From Eledone cirrhosa (taxonomy: Eukaryota): 64,000 bases of DNA. Location of the stretch: assembly GCA_964016885.1 (NCBI GenBank), contig OZ024754.1:31992001-32056000 (forward strand), in the 5' to 3' direction. The notes under the pieces were generated by a model. It ran no database searches. It was given only the letters and a program-made list of their open reading frames with translations, and was not told where the DNA came from. Below, one piece after another: positions 52,397 through 64,000 of this stretch; positions within the stretch are counted from its first letter, which is position 1, and the number at the start of each line of letters is the position of its first letter. A program made the translations under genes and the position numbers.

Positions 52397-53630
52397 GTAT
52401 AATTTTAATACTTTACTCTCGTTCTAAAATATCGATGTCTTAGTTGTCAGATTCTGTTTTGACACTGTTTATGTTGTAGATACATTTTTCAAATATATAA
52501 AAAAAAATAAAGAAAATCGCTCTAAATGTGTTGTGTTGGAGGTATGGAATAATTTTCTTATAATACTTCTATTTGAGGATCGTCGGGCTTGCCAGCCACC
52601 TCAAAATACTTGATCGATGCACAAATATATATATATCATCATCGTTTAACTTCTGCTTTCCCTGTTATTTAGGGTTTGACATGTCTACATAGACCAAATC
52701 AGTACAAGCGGACAAACCAGTGTATAAGGTGCATTAATCATGTAGATCATCAACATTAGTGAGGTTGTTGCTCCGATGACAACTGAATAGCCCTCTCAAA
52801 CCTTTTCAGCACTTTCTTTAGTGGGGTGCTCTTCCTATGTATGTATTTGTATATATATCATTATCATCATTTTACGTCCGTTTCTGGACAATGTGCGTGT
52901 GAGTATATGTTTTTTTTATAGCTGAAGTGAAACTCAACTGGAAAATGTGTGTGTTCTGACTGGCAGAATGACCTTCCCAAAATATAACATTGTAATGTTT
53001 TCTACGGGAGTTAATATTATTTGAACAACTTAGAATTTGAAAAAAGAAAACATTGTATTTTTAACTGAAATCCCTCAACTTAAGTATAACCTACACCTTG
53101 GAAAATGAATGACTGAAAAATTTCATCAAAACCTTTTCATTGGAATATTTCTAATAAAAAAACTGTCCATGATTTTGTATTAATTTTGAAAATAATGAAG
53201 TCAGATATTTATTAATCAAGTAATCCATTAATTGGATAATCAGTCAACTAATTAATTGACGTATTCATAAAGTCCTTTCATCACACACTGAGATCTTATT
53301 AATGACTCTTGTTTCTTTATATTACAGAATATCAGATGACATTGGCATTAAAGAAGTTACTGTGAAATATTTTTCTGATCTGAGAATACTGGCAAATCTT
53401 TTCTTCTTCACTCTCTGCAATCTGGAAAAATGATTTTCTATTTTAATTAAACTATATTTACAAAGGAATTTTCCACCTTCTTTAGATATGAACAAAGACT
53501 GCTGTTGGTGGGAATAGCAGTAGAAATATTGATATTAGCATAATCATCATTATGTCCAATTTTCCATGATTGCATTGAACAAATACAGGAATAATGAAAA
53601 GTGCATTCTGTTTTTTAATCGCCTAAAGAA

Positions 53631-55346
53631 ATGTCAAAAGAGATAGGAACAATATTATACCAATGTAATACCTGTGCTAAATCATTCTTTTTGAGCGATG
53701 ACTTAATTAACCATAAATGTATTCATAGAGGAAAGAAGCCATATCACTGTGATGTCTGTGGTAAATCATTCTTACAAACACGAGACCTAACTGTTCATAA
53801 GCGTATTCATACAGGAGAGAAACCATACCACTGTAATATTTGTGGTAAATCATTTGCTCATGGAAATACTTTAACTACTCACAAGCGTATTCACACAGGA
53901 GAAAAACCACACCACTGTGATATTTGTGGTAAATCATTCAATACAAGAACTCATTTGACTCAACATAAACGTACGCATACAGGAGAAAGACCATATCACT
54001 GCGAGATCTGTGGTAAATCATTCTCTTCAGGGGACACTTTAACTAAACACAAACGTACTCATACAGGAGAGAAACCATATCACTGTAACATCTGTGGTAG
54101 ATCATTCTCTTCAGGAAGTACTTTAAATACTCACAAATATATTCATACAGGAGTGAAGCCATATCACTGTGATATCTGTAACAAATCATTCTTTGTACCT
54201 AGTCACTTAACTAAACACAAATATGTACACACAGGAGAGAAGCCTTATCATTGTGATGTGTGTGGTAAATCATTCTCTAGAACTACTGAATTAACTATAC
54301 ACACACGTGTTCATACAGGAGAGAAACCATATCACTGTGATATCTGTGGTAAATCATTCTCTCGGACAAATGTATTAACTTCTCACAAACGTATTCATAC
54401 AGGTCTCAAACCACATCACTGTGATATCTGTGGTAAATCATTCTATCGCAAGTGTGAAATAATTGTACATAAACGTATTCATACTGGAGAGAAACCATTT
54501 TCTTGTGAAACCTGTGGTAAATCATTCTCTCAAAATAGTCAGTTAATTGTCCACAACCGTATTCACACTGGTGAGAAACCATATCACTGTGATACATGTG
54601 GTAAATCATTCTCTCGATATACTGAATTAACTATACACAAATTTAAACACACAGGTGTAAAACCGTATCGGTGTAATATCTGTGGTAAATCATTCATTCA
54701 AAGTGGTGTGTTAACGATTCATAAACGGAGTCATACTGGAGAGAAACCATATGGTTGTGATGTTTGTCGTAAATCGTTCACTGTACGAGCTAACTTAGAT
54801 ATACATAAACGTATTCATACAGGTGAGAAACCATATCATTGTGATATTTGTGGTAAATCATTCTCTCAAAGTAGTGAAGTAAATGTACACAAACGTATTC
54901 ATTCAGGAGAAAAGCAACATCTCTGTGATATCTGTGGTAAATCATTTACTGAAAGAAGTAGTTTAATCACTCACAAACTTGTTCATACAGGAGAGAAACC
55001 ATATTACTGTGATGACTGTGGTAAATCATTTTCTGTAAAAAGTAACTTAACTAAACACAAACGTGTTCATACAGGAGAGAAACCGTATCATTGTGATATG
55101 TGTGATAAATCATTTGCGCAAATAAATACATTAAGTACTCACAAACGTATTCATACAGGAGAGAAACCACATGAATGTGATATTTGTGGTAAATTATTCT
55201 CTTTACATAGTCATTTAACGAAACATAAACGCAGTCATACAGGAGAGAAACCATATCACTGTGATACCTGTGGTAAATCATTCTCACAAAGAAATACATT
55301 AACTACTCACAAACACATTCATAAAGGAATTCAACCACATAACTGA
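53631..55346 (+). CDS. ZNF-7: C2H2 zinc-finger protein, 20 fingers
   Basis: Intact 571-aa [15 protein letters not shown]...HKGIQPHN. Confidence 0.95.
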   Translation: MSKEIGTILYQCNTCAKSFFLSDDLINHKCIHRGKKPYHCDVCGKSFLQTRDLTVHKRIHTGEKPYHCNICGKSFAHGNTLTTHKRIHTGEKPHHCDICGKSFNTRTHLTQHKRTHTGERPYHCEICGKSFSSGDTLTKHKRTHTGEKPYHCNICGRSFSSGSTLNTHKYIHTGVKPYHCDICNKSFFVPSHLTKHKYVHTGEKPYHCDVCGKSFSRTTELTIHTRVHTGEKPYHCDICGKSFSRTNVLTSHKRIHTGLKPHHCDICGKSFYRKCEIIVHKRIHTGEKPFSCETCGKSFSQNSQLIVHNRIHTGEKPYHCDTCGKSFSRYTELTIHKFKHTGVKPYRCNICGKSFIQSGVLTIHKRSHTGEKPYGCDVCRKSFTVRANLDIHKRIHTGEKPYHCDICGKSFSQSSEVNVHKRIHSGEKQHLCDICGKSFTERSSLITHKLVHTGEKPYYCDDCGKSFSVKSNLTKHKRVHTGEKPYHCDMCDKSFAQINTLSTHKRIHTGEKPHECDICGKLFSLHSHLTKHKRSHTGEKPYHCDTCGKSFSQRNTLTTHKHIHKGIQPHN

Positions 55347-55987
55347 AATGTGTGGTAAATTATTCTCTGTACCTAGTCTTTTAGCTCAATACACATATAT
55401 TCTTACAAGAAAGAAGCGATGTCCCTGTTATGTGTGTGGTAAATCATTATCTGGTTATATATGCCTGTCATACAAGATATCGCAACAATTTTTCAGTGTT
55501 TTATCATCTCAGCTGTGAGTCCAAGTGTGTTGAGTTCTCATTGAATCACTGTGAATATTCTTAATAAACTAAAAGATAAATAAAACTGGTTTCATCTTAA
55601 ATTATTCTTTTTTCGTTTTATATGTAGAACATCAAAACAAAGCTTGTGCTGACGTCATAAATTATATTTCTGTCCAGCATTTGCTTATCTTCTGCATTCA
55701 CTGCCCAAGTCTCACTAACATGCAGCATCATACTTCACAAATAGGCATCATACAACTGGCCTTTTTGTTCATAGATAGAAACCCTTTGTTGTCAATATAG
55801 GTAGTAGTTCTCTGAACATTTTCCATCCTGTTTTATTCTAGCTGCTGTGCTCTCAAAACAACCTCCTCCACTGCTAATTGGGTCACATAAGTAACAGAAG
55901 CTATCAACTATTTCTATGGTATTTTCTTGGGATTGGGGAAAGTATATTTCACTAGAGCAAATTTGTTGATGTTATTTTATACTAAAT

Positions 55988-56176
55988 GGACGGTGGATTG
56001 GCAGTATTGGTAGAGGGTCGGACGCCATATTTGACGTATAGAGTTACGACCCTTGCCATTCTGAGTTCAAATTCTGCCGAGGTTAACTTTGCCTTTCATC
56101 CTTACGAGATCGATAAAATAAAGTACCAGTAATGCACTGGGTAATTGCTGGCCTTGTGCCAAACGTAGAAACAGTT
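55988..56176 (+). mobile_element. Full-length Nin/Deu-like SINE
   Basis: GGACGGTGGATTGGCAG...CTTTGCCTTTCATCC...GTAGAAACAG; flanked by duplicated GTTATTTT(T)ATACTAAATG. Confidence 0.88.
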
Positions 56177-56456
56177 ATTTTATACTAAATGTTATTGCTG
56201 TGAATGTAAGATACACAATAATATAAGTTTGTACATTAACTGGTAAACATGGTGGTTATCTTGTAAGTATGTGATGTAGCCAAGTGAGAGGCATGGTAAG
56301 GAAAATATTTCTCCTACTCTTGGGTCTCAATGCAAGAAATAAAAATAAAATACAGCATGCTCCCCCCCCCCCCCCCCCAACATACACATTGTTCTTCTCA
56401 TCGGTAGTAGTTTCAATGGATAACTGGTCTTAAACACCTAGTATGGCCTGGAGGTC

Positions 56457-56642
56457 TACGAGAGATTGCTGAAAAGTTCATAGACTGACTATAACAAAGT
56501 GATACTAGAGCTGTGAAATCTTGCATGCATTAATTTCAACTCTATTGTTTTTTTCCAGGGACTATATTGAAAAATAAATCTCATTTGGCTATTCCATGAA
56601 AGTATCTTGGTCATCCTATGAATTTTTCAGCTGATCTTCATA
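56457..56642. mobile_element. Mariner-type MITE
   Basis: TACGAGAGATTGCTGAAAAGTTCATAG...CTATGAATTTTTCAGCTGATCTTCATA: imperfect TIRs with TA ends. Confidence 0.7.
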
Positions 56643-56816
56643 AGTTAGTGAAACTGAGAAAATGGAATATATGTAAAATTCTAATTCCCACTTTCCTATT
56701 TTAATAACACCTTTTACAATTACTTCATATTAATCAATGATGTTCCCATAACTGGTGCAGTCAGTTGTAATGTTACTCCAATGTTTGACTGTGTTCATTA
56801 TGGCATTTCAGTGGGT

Positions 56817-57008
56817 TTAATCCTTTAGTATTTACATTACTCTATATTTACTATTGTATTTTCACAGTAAAGGCTTTATCTCACTTAATTATCTTACATA
56901 ATATCGAACCTACATGATTTTGATATTATCTATTTTGAGAACAATACCTTAACGTAGGTAAGAGCGGCTGGTTATGACCGGTTTGAACAGAAAATGCTAA
57001 AGGTTTAA
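56817..57008. mobile_element. piggyBac-like MITE remnant
   Basis: TTAA-TCCTTTAGTATTT ... AAAATGCTAAAGGT-TTAA inverted ends with TTAA flanks. Confidence 0.6.
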
Positions 57009-57144
57009 GGAAAACTTAACAATGCTCATTCCTGCTCCAAGCATGCAGTCCTTCACCAAGTTTAGCCTTCCAGCAGAAGCAGCTACTGGGTTGTGGTTGA
57101 AAAAATGTTCTAGAGCCAAAGTAAGAGTCAAATGAAAACCAATG

Positions 57145-60100
57145 TACCTCTCCAGACATCAAGGTATTCTCTCTACCCTTCCAGACATGAAGGCATTCTC
57201 TCTACCCTTCCAGACATCAAGATATTGTCTTTACCCTTCCAGTCACCAAGGTATTCTCTCTACCCTTCCAGACATCAAGGTATTCTCTTTACCCTTCCAG
57301 ACATGAAGGTATTCTCTCTACCCTTCCAGACACGAAGGTATTCTCTCTACCCTTCCAGACATCAAGGTATTCTCTCTACCCTTCCAGATATGGAGGTATT
57401 CTCTCTACCCTTCCAGACATCAAGATATTCTCTCTACCCTTCCAGACATGAAGGTATTCTCTCTACCCTTCCAGACATGAAGGTATTCTCTCTACCCTTC
57501 CAGACATGAAGGTATTCTCTCTACCCTTCCAGACATGAAGGTATTCTCATTACCCTTCCAGACATGAAGGTATTCTCTCTACCCTTCCAGACATGAAGGT
57601 ATTCTCTCTACCCTTCCAGACATGAAGGTATTCTCTCTACCCTTCCAGACATGAAGGTATTCTCTCTACCCTTCCAGACATCAAGATATTCTCTCTACCC
57701 TTCCAGACATGAAGGTATTCTCATTAACCTTCCATACATGAAGGTATTCTCTCTACCCTTCCAGACATGAAGGTATTCTCTCTACCCTTCCAGACATGAA
57801 GGTATTCTCATTACCCTTCCAGACATGAAGGTATTCTCTCTACCCTTCCAGACATCAAGATATTCTCTCTACCCTTCCAGACATGAAGGTATTCTCATTA
57901 CCCTTCCAGACATGAAGGTATTCTCTCTACCCTTCCAGACATGAAGGTATTCTCTCTACCCTTCCAGACATCAAGATATTGTCTTTACCCTTCCAGACAT
58001 GAAGGTATTCTCTCTACCCTTCCAGACATGAAGGTATTCTCTCTACCCTTCCAGACATCAAGATATTCTCTCTACCCTTCCAGACATGAAGGTATTCTCA
58101 TTACCCTTCCAGACATGAAGGTATTCTCTCTACCCTTCCAGACATGAAGGTATTCTCTCTACCCTTCCAGACATGAAGGTATTCTCATTACCCTTCCAGA
58201 CATGAAGGTATTCTCTCTACCCTTCCAGACATCAAGATATTCTCTCTACCCTTCCAGACATGAAGGTATTCTCTCTACCCTTCCAGACATGAAGGTATTC
58301 TCATTACCCTTCCAGACATGAAGGTATTCTCTCTACCCTTCCAGACATCAAGATATTCTCTCTACCCTTCCAGACATGAAGGTATTCTCTCTACCCTTCC
58401 AGACATGAAGGTATTCTCTCTACCCTTCCAGACATCAAGATATTCTCTCTACCCTTCCAGACACGAAGGCATTATCTCTACCCTTCTAGACATCAAGATA
58501 TTGTCTTTAACCTTCCAGTCACCAAGGTATTCTCTCTACCCTTCCAGACATGAAGGTATTCTCTTTACCCTTCCAGACATCAAGGTATTCTCTCTACCCT
58601 TCCAGACATGAAGGTATTCTCTCTACCCTTCCAGACATGAAGGTATTCTCTCTACCCTTCCAGACATCAAGATATTGTCTTTACCCTTCCAGACACGAAG
58701 GTATTCTCTCTACCCTTCCAGACATCAAGGTATTCTCTCTACCCTTCCAGACATGAAGGTATTCTCTCTACCCTTCCAGACATGAAGGTATTCTCTTTAC
58801 CCTTCCAGACATGAAGGTATTCTCTCTACCCTTCCAGACATGAAGGTATTCTCTTTACCCTTCAAGACATGAAGGTATTCTCTCTACCCTTCCAGACATC
58901 AAGGTATTCTCTCTACCCTTCCAGACATCAAGGTATTCTCTCTACCCTTCCAGACATGAAGGTATTCTCTCTACCCTTCCAGACATCAAGATATTCTCTC
59001 TACCCTTCCAGACATGAAGGCATTCTCTCTACCCTTCCAGACATGAAGGTATTCTCTCTACCCTTCCAGACATGAAGGTATTCTCTCTACCCTTCCAGAC
59101 ATGAAGGTATTCTCTCTACCCTTCCAGACATGAAGGTATTCTCTCTACCCTTCCAGACATCAAGGTATTCTCTTTATCCTTCCAGTCACCAAGGTATTCT
59201 CTCTACCCTTCCAGACATGAAGGTATTCTCTTTACCCTTCCAGACATGAAGGTATTCTCTCTACCCTTCCAGACATGAAGGTATTCTCTTTACCCTTCCA
59301 GACATGAAGGTATTCTCTCTACCCTTCCAGACATGAAGGTATTCTCTCCACCCTTCCAGACATCAAGGTATTCTCTCTACCCTTCCAGACATGAAGGTAT
59401 TCTCTCTACCCTTCCAGACATCAAGGTATTCTCTCTACCCTTCCAGACATCAAGATATTCTCTCTACCCTTCCAGACACGAAGGCATTCTCTCTACCCTT
59501 CTAGACATCAAGATATTGTCTTTACCATTCCAGTCACCAAGGTATTCTCTCTACCCTTCCAGACATGACGGTATTCTCTTTACCCTTCCAGACATGAAGG
59601 TATTCTCTCTACCCTTCCAGACACGAAGGTATTCTCTCTACCCTTCCAGACATCAAGGAATTCTCTTTACCTTTCCAGACATGAAGGTATTCTCTCTACC
59701 CTTCCAGTCACCAAGGTATTCTCTCTACCCTTCCAGACATGGAGGTATTCTCATTACCCTTCCAGACATGAAGGTATTCTCTCTACCCTTCCAGACATGA
59801 AGGTATTCTCATTACCCTTCCAGACATGAAGGTATTCTCTTTACCCTTCCAGACATCAAGGTATTCTCTCTACCCTTCCAGACATGAAGGTATTCTCTTT
59901 ACCCTTCCAGACATCAAGGTATTCTCTCTACCCTTCCAGACATGAAGGTATTCTCTTTATCCTTCCAGACATCAAGGTATTCTCTTTATCCTTCCAGACA
60001 TCAAGGTATTCTCGCTAACTTTCCAGACATGAAGGTATTGAAGGTATTCCCTCTAACCTTCCAGACATAAAGGTATTGTCTTTACCCTTCCAGACATCAA

Positions 60101-60250
60101 GATATTGTCTCTACCCTTCCAGACATAACATATTGTCTTTACCCTTCCAAACATCAAGATATTCTCTCTACCCTTACAGACATCAAGATATTCTCTCTGC
60201 CCTTCCAAACGTTAAGGTATTCTCTCTGCCTGAATACCCTTCCAGACATC
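57145..60250. repeat. Satellite 3: 29-bp unit CCTTCCAGACATGAAGGTATTCTCTCTAC, roughly 105 copies
   Basis: Head-to-tail repeats without spacers; degenerate at the right edge. Confidence 0.98.
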
Positions 60251-60689
60251 AGTACAACTGGTTTTGAAATAATGATTCAAATAGAATATATATTCCGTTA
60301 CATATAACTGTATCTGTTCCTTTGTTGTAAGTACCCCGTCACACACACCGCCTTCTTTTAAATCCAATTTCTGGTTGTAGCAGCAGCATGAATAGAGAAA
60401 ATAACTTCGTTTCGTCATTTGTATTTATGTTTCGACTTTTGATTTTCTGTCTGGAAATTTCAAATTTTAAAACTTTAATGTAACCCTTAAATAGGATATT
60501 GCCCCATGTATTCTACTTATCTAACTGTATATCTAATATCTTCCTATCATTTTATTGTCACAGCTTGCTCTGTCATATATATCTACAAAAGACCTAATAG
60601 CCACACAATAAAGACGATAAAGAAGATACACCAAAGAATTATAAAATTGAACTATTCCTCGTTGCATAATACCTAACCCCTCTAAATTG

Positions 60690-60901
60690 ACCAATGAAAT
60701 TCCAATAATTTCATTTCTGCGGTGCTTTTATTCCGGAAGTACCAATATGTTTACTTTAATTATTAATCACATTTTTGTCTGTTTTATTTATTCGTCTCTT
60801 TAAAAAAAAAACGTATTAAACCGTGAAGCTAAGTACAAGTATTTAATTCTATATACGACAGTCTTCTACACAATTTTACTCTACCTAATTCCATTCACAA
60901 G
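60690..60901 (+). promoter_or_regulatory. ZNF-8 promoter (CCAAT, TTTCATTTCTGC, CCGGAAGT 60733-60740) and exon 1 to donor AAG|GTATA
   Basis: Paralog conservation; acceptor TTTCAG|AATATCAGATG at 61808/61809. Confidence 0.78.
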
Positions 60902-60944
60902 GTATAATTCATTTTAATATTTTACCGTTACATCAATCTATAAT

Positions 60945-61143
60945 ATTGGTTTCTGATTTAAGCACAAGGCCAACAACTTTGGGGGAAGAGAAAGTCGATT
61001 AAATCGATCTCTGTGCATTACTGGTACTTTATTCTATCGACCCCGTAAGGATGAAACGGAAAGCTAACTCAGATCGTAAAGGGCCGTAACTCAATATGAT
61101 AAAGCATATCCGACGCTCTACCGATACTGCCAATCCACCAGCC
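60945..61143 (-). mobile_element. Nin/Deu-like SINE in the ZNF-8 intron
   Basis: GCACAAGGCCA...CTGGTACTTTATTCTATCGACCCCGTAAGGATGAAA...TACTGCCAATCCACC. Confidence 0.8.
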
Positions 61144-62237
61144 TGCAGCACTCACCAATTTATAGTTTTAACGCCTGTCCTGGTTGTCAAATTTATGTTT
61201 TGTAAGTTGTTTAGTATATTCCATTTTATGAACATCTTGTACATATAAACACAATTTATAGAATAAATAAGATTGACAAAAGAAATCAATAAAATTTGAA
61301 GGACGAAAAAAAAAACGAGATGATATGCACACTTAATTACATAATACAACGCAAGGTTGGTGTTTACCTCGAGGGAAGCTAAGACGGCATTGCGGTGGGT
61401 GATAACGAGGCCAAGGTGCTTGAATAGCTAAGATATCACACGAGGAGTATCACTTGATATATGTTGGAATAACTACACAGCCGCACTAGGAACATCTGAT
61501 ACTTTAAGGCGAGGTGATGGTGAGGCTAACGTGCTGTAGTAGCCAAGTACACTTACAAAGAACAACACTTGATATTTCAGTAATGGGAGTTGCCAGGTTA
61601 TGTTTCTCATGCACCCTCTTGGCTATTCCAATGTATATCAAATGATGTTTTTTAAAGCATCTTTATATTGATAAACTTCAATTGCCACTAAATTCAACAG
61701 CAAAGTTCAGGTAAATGTTTTTATATACAGGTTATCAATATAGAAAAAATTTAAAATTTCCATTATTTTAACTATTCTTTATATCATATATTGTTTCTTT
61801 TCTTTCAGAATATCAGATGACATTGGCATTAAAGAATTCTTCACATCAGAAGCATTATCAATATTTATCGTCTTTTAAAGACTGAAAGAAAATGTTATAC
61901 AGAACAAGATATAACCCTCATATTTATATAAATCTATGGTAGAGTTGCTGTGAAATATTTCTTATGAACTGAGAATATTGTTAAAATTTCTCTTCTTCAC
62001 TGGACATGATGATTTTGTTTTTTACATGAACTAGGATAAATTTGCTAAAGAATGTTCTACATTCTTTAGATATCAATAAAGAATACAGTTGAAGAGAATA
62101 GGAGTAGAAATATTGACATCAACACAGGAATATGTAAAACAAGAAAAATATCTATATATTGTGATGAGAGAAGAAATTATTTTAAAAAAATATATATATT
62201 TGAGAAATTTAAAGGATTGATTTCATTTCCTAAAGAG

Positions 62238-63785
62238 ATGCCAAGAATGAAAGGAAAACCAGCATACAAATGTGATATTTGTGGCAAATCATTCTTTCGA
62301 AATTACATCTTAACTAGACACAGATACATTCATACAGGAGAGAAACCATATCAATGTGATATCTGTGGTAAATCATTCTCTCAAAATAATGATGTAACAA
62401 CTCACAAACGTATTCATACAGGAGAGAGGCCATATCACTGTGATATTTGTGGCAAATCATTCTCTCGAAATTACATCTTAACTAGACACAGATACATTCA
62501 TACAGGAGAGAAACCATATCGATGTGATATCTGTGGTAAATCATTCTCTCAAAATAATGATGTAACAACTCACAAACGTATTCATACAGGAGAGAGGCCA
62601 TATCACTGTGATATCTGTGGTAAATCATTCTCTCATGCAAATGCTTTAACTATACACAAACGTATTCACACAGGAGAAAAACCACACCATTGTGATATCT
62701 GTGGTAAATCATTCTTTACACAAACTCACTTAACTTCTCATCAACGTGTTCATTCAGGAGAGAAACCATATCACTGTGATATCTGTGGTAAATCATTCTC
62801 TCAGGGCAGTAGCTTAACTAAACATGAACGTATTCATACAGGTGAGAAGCCATATCATTGTAACATCTGTGGTAAATCATTTTCTGAAGGCAGTACCTTA
62901 ATTACTCACAAACGGATTCATACAGGAGAGAAGCCATATCACTGTGATATCTGTGGTAAATCATTTTCTGTGCGTAGTCACTTGACGAAACACAAATACA
63001 TTCATACAGGAGAGAAGCCATATCACTGTGATGTCGGTGGTAAATCATTCTCTGAAGATAATGAATTAACTATACACAAACGGATTCATACAGGAGTAAA
63101 ACCATACAAATGTGACATCTGTGGAAAATCATTTTTTCAAATGGGTCACTTAACTATTCACAAATATATTCATACAGGAGAAAAACCATATCACTGTGAT
63201 ATCTGTGAAAAGTTATTCACAGAAAAAAATAGCCTAATTGCTCATAAACGTACTCATACAGGAGAGAAACCATACCACTGTGATATCTGTGGTAAATCAT
63301 TCTCTGAAAATGGGGAATTAATGAAACACAAATACATTCATACAAGAGAGAAACCATACCACTGTGATGTTTGTGGTAAATCATTCTCTCAAAGTAGTGA
63401 CTTAACTAAACACACACATATTCACACAGTAGATAAGGCATTTCATTGTGATATCTGTGGTAAATCATTCTCTCAAAATGGTAAATTAACTATACACAAA
63501 CGTATTCATACAGGAGAGACACCATACCACTGTGATATTTGTGGTAAATCATTTATTGAACAAAGTAAATTAACTATTCACAAACGTGTCCATACAGGAG
63601 AGAAGCCATATCACTGTGATATCTGTGATAAATCATTCTCTGCAAGAAGTACTTTAACTCTACATAAACGTATTCATTCAGGCGAAAAGCCATATGATTG
63701 TGATATCTGTGGGAAATCATTCTCTGTAAAAGGTAACTTAATTAAGCATAAACTCATTCATTCAGGGCAGAAACCATGTCATTGA
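62238..63785 (+). CDS. ZNF-8: C2H2 zinc-finger protein, 18 units (finger 10 has Cys to Gly)
   Basis: ATG at 62238 after CCTAAAGAG, the same context as paralogs (track start 62217 is TTG); decayed fingers follow the stop. Confidence 0.93.
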   Translation: MPRMKGKPAYKCDICGKSFFRNYILTRHRYIHTGEKPYQCDICGKSFSQNNDVTTHKRIHTGERPYHCDICGKSFSRNYILTRHRYIHTGEKPYRCDICGKSFSQNNDVTTHKRIHTGERPYHCDICGKSFSHANALTIHKRIHTGEKPHHCDICGKSFFTQTHLTSHQRVHSGEKPYHCDICGKSFSQGSSLTKHERIHTGEKPYHCNICGKSFSEGSTLITHKRIHTGEKPYHCDICGKSFSVRSHLTKHKYIHTGEKPYHCDVGGKSFSEDNELTIHKRIHTGVKPYKCDICGKSFFQMGHLTIHKYIHTGEKPYHCDICEKLFTEKNSLIAHKRTHTGEKPYHCDICGKSFSENGELMKHKYIHTREKPYHCDVCGKSFSQSSDLTKHTHIHTVDKAFHCDICGKSFSQNGKLTIHKRIHTGETPYHCDICGKSFIEQSKLTIHKRVHTGEKPYHCDICDKSFSARSTLTLHKRIHSGEKPYDCDICGKSFSVKGNLIKHKLIHSGQKPCH

Positions 63786-64000
63786 TATCTGGTAAATTAT
63801 TCTCTCAAAACAATATGTTAACTACTCCCAAATACATTCATACAAATAAGAAACCACATGTGTGGTAAACATTCTTTGTATCTAGTCACATAACATTGCA
63901 CATCCAATGAAGCATGTTTGCTTACTTTAAATTTAATATAAATGCAAAGTAAGTGATATGATTGGTGAATTATCTTCACCATTATTTTAATGTCCACTCT

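Noticed and set aside
57145-60250. CRISPR array (29-bp palindromic repeat)
   Set aside because: Units are head-to-tail with no unique spacers, there are no cas genes, and the context is eukaryotic.
57132-60267. Repetitive ORFs (MKVFSLPFQT...)
   Set aside because: They are translations of a 29-bp satellite whose unit is not a multiple of 3 and contains frequent stops.

Overview
AT-rich eukaryotic (metazoan) DNA. The SINE/RTE repeat content and large C2H2 expansion suggest a cephalopod, probably Octopus (inference from recalled repeat motifs, not searched). The window is a tandem cluster of eight C2H2 zinc-finger genes (ZNF-1 to ZNF-8 in window order; 8-27 finger units each; no recognisable KRAB/SCAN/ZAD/BTB domain). 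ZNF-3 to ZNF-8 share one duplicated cassette: a TATA-less promoter (TCACATGA E-box, CCAAT, ETS CCGGAAGT), a short non-coding exon 1, a TE-filled intron, an acceptor YAG|AATATCAGAT, a leader with a conserved uORF and an antisense retroposon tail, a single-exon finger array and decayed fingers in the 3' UTR. Between and inside the genes are three satellites (40, 22 and 29 bp units), RTE- and CRE-like LINE fragments, tRNA-derived SINEs, and Merlin, hAT, mariner and piggyBac-like DNA elements. Most notable observations: a minimal hammerhead ribozyme at ~12161-12205; a frame-conserved uORF (MTLALK...FKD*) in four paralogs; a nonsense codon followed directly by a new ATG in ZNF-4; two Merlin derivatives that appear to be built from opposite ends of one parent; a near-perfect 223-bp-arm intronic palindrome; and two short templated insertions. 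All comparisons were made by eye and boundaries of degenerate repeats are approximate.
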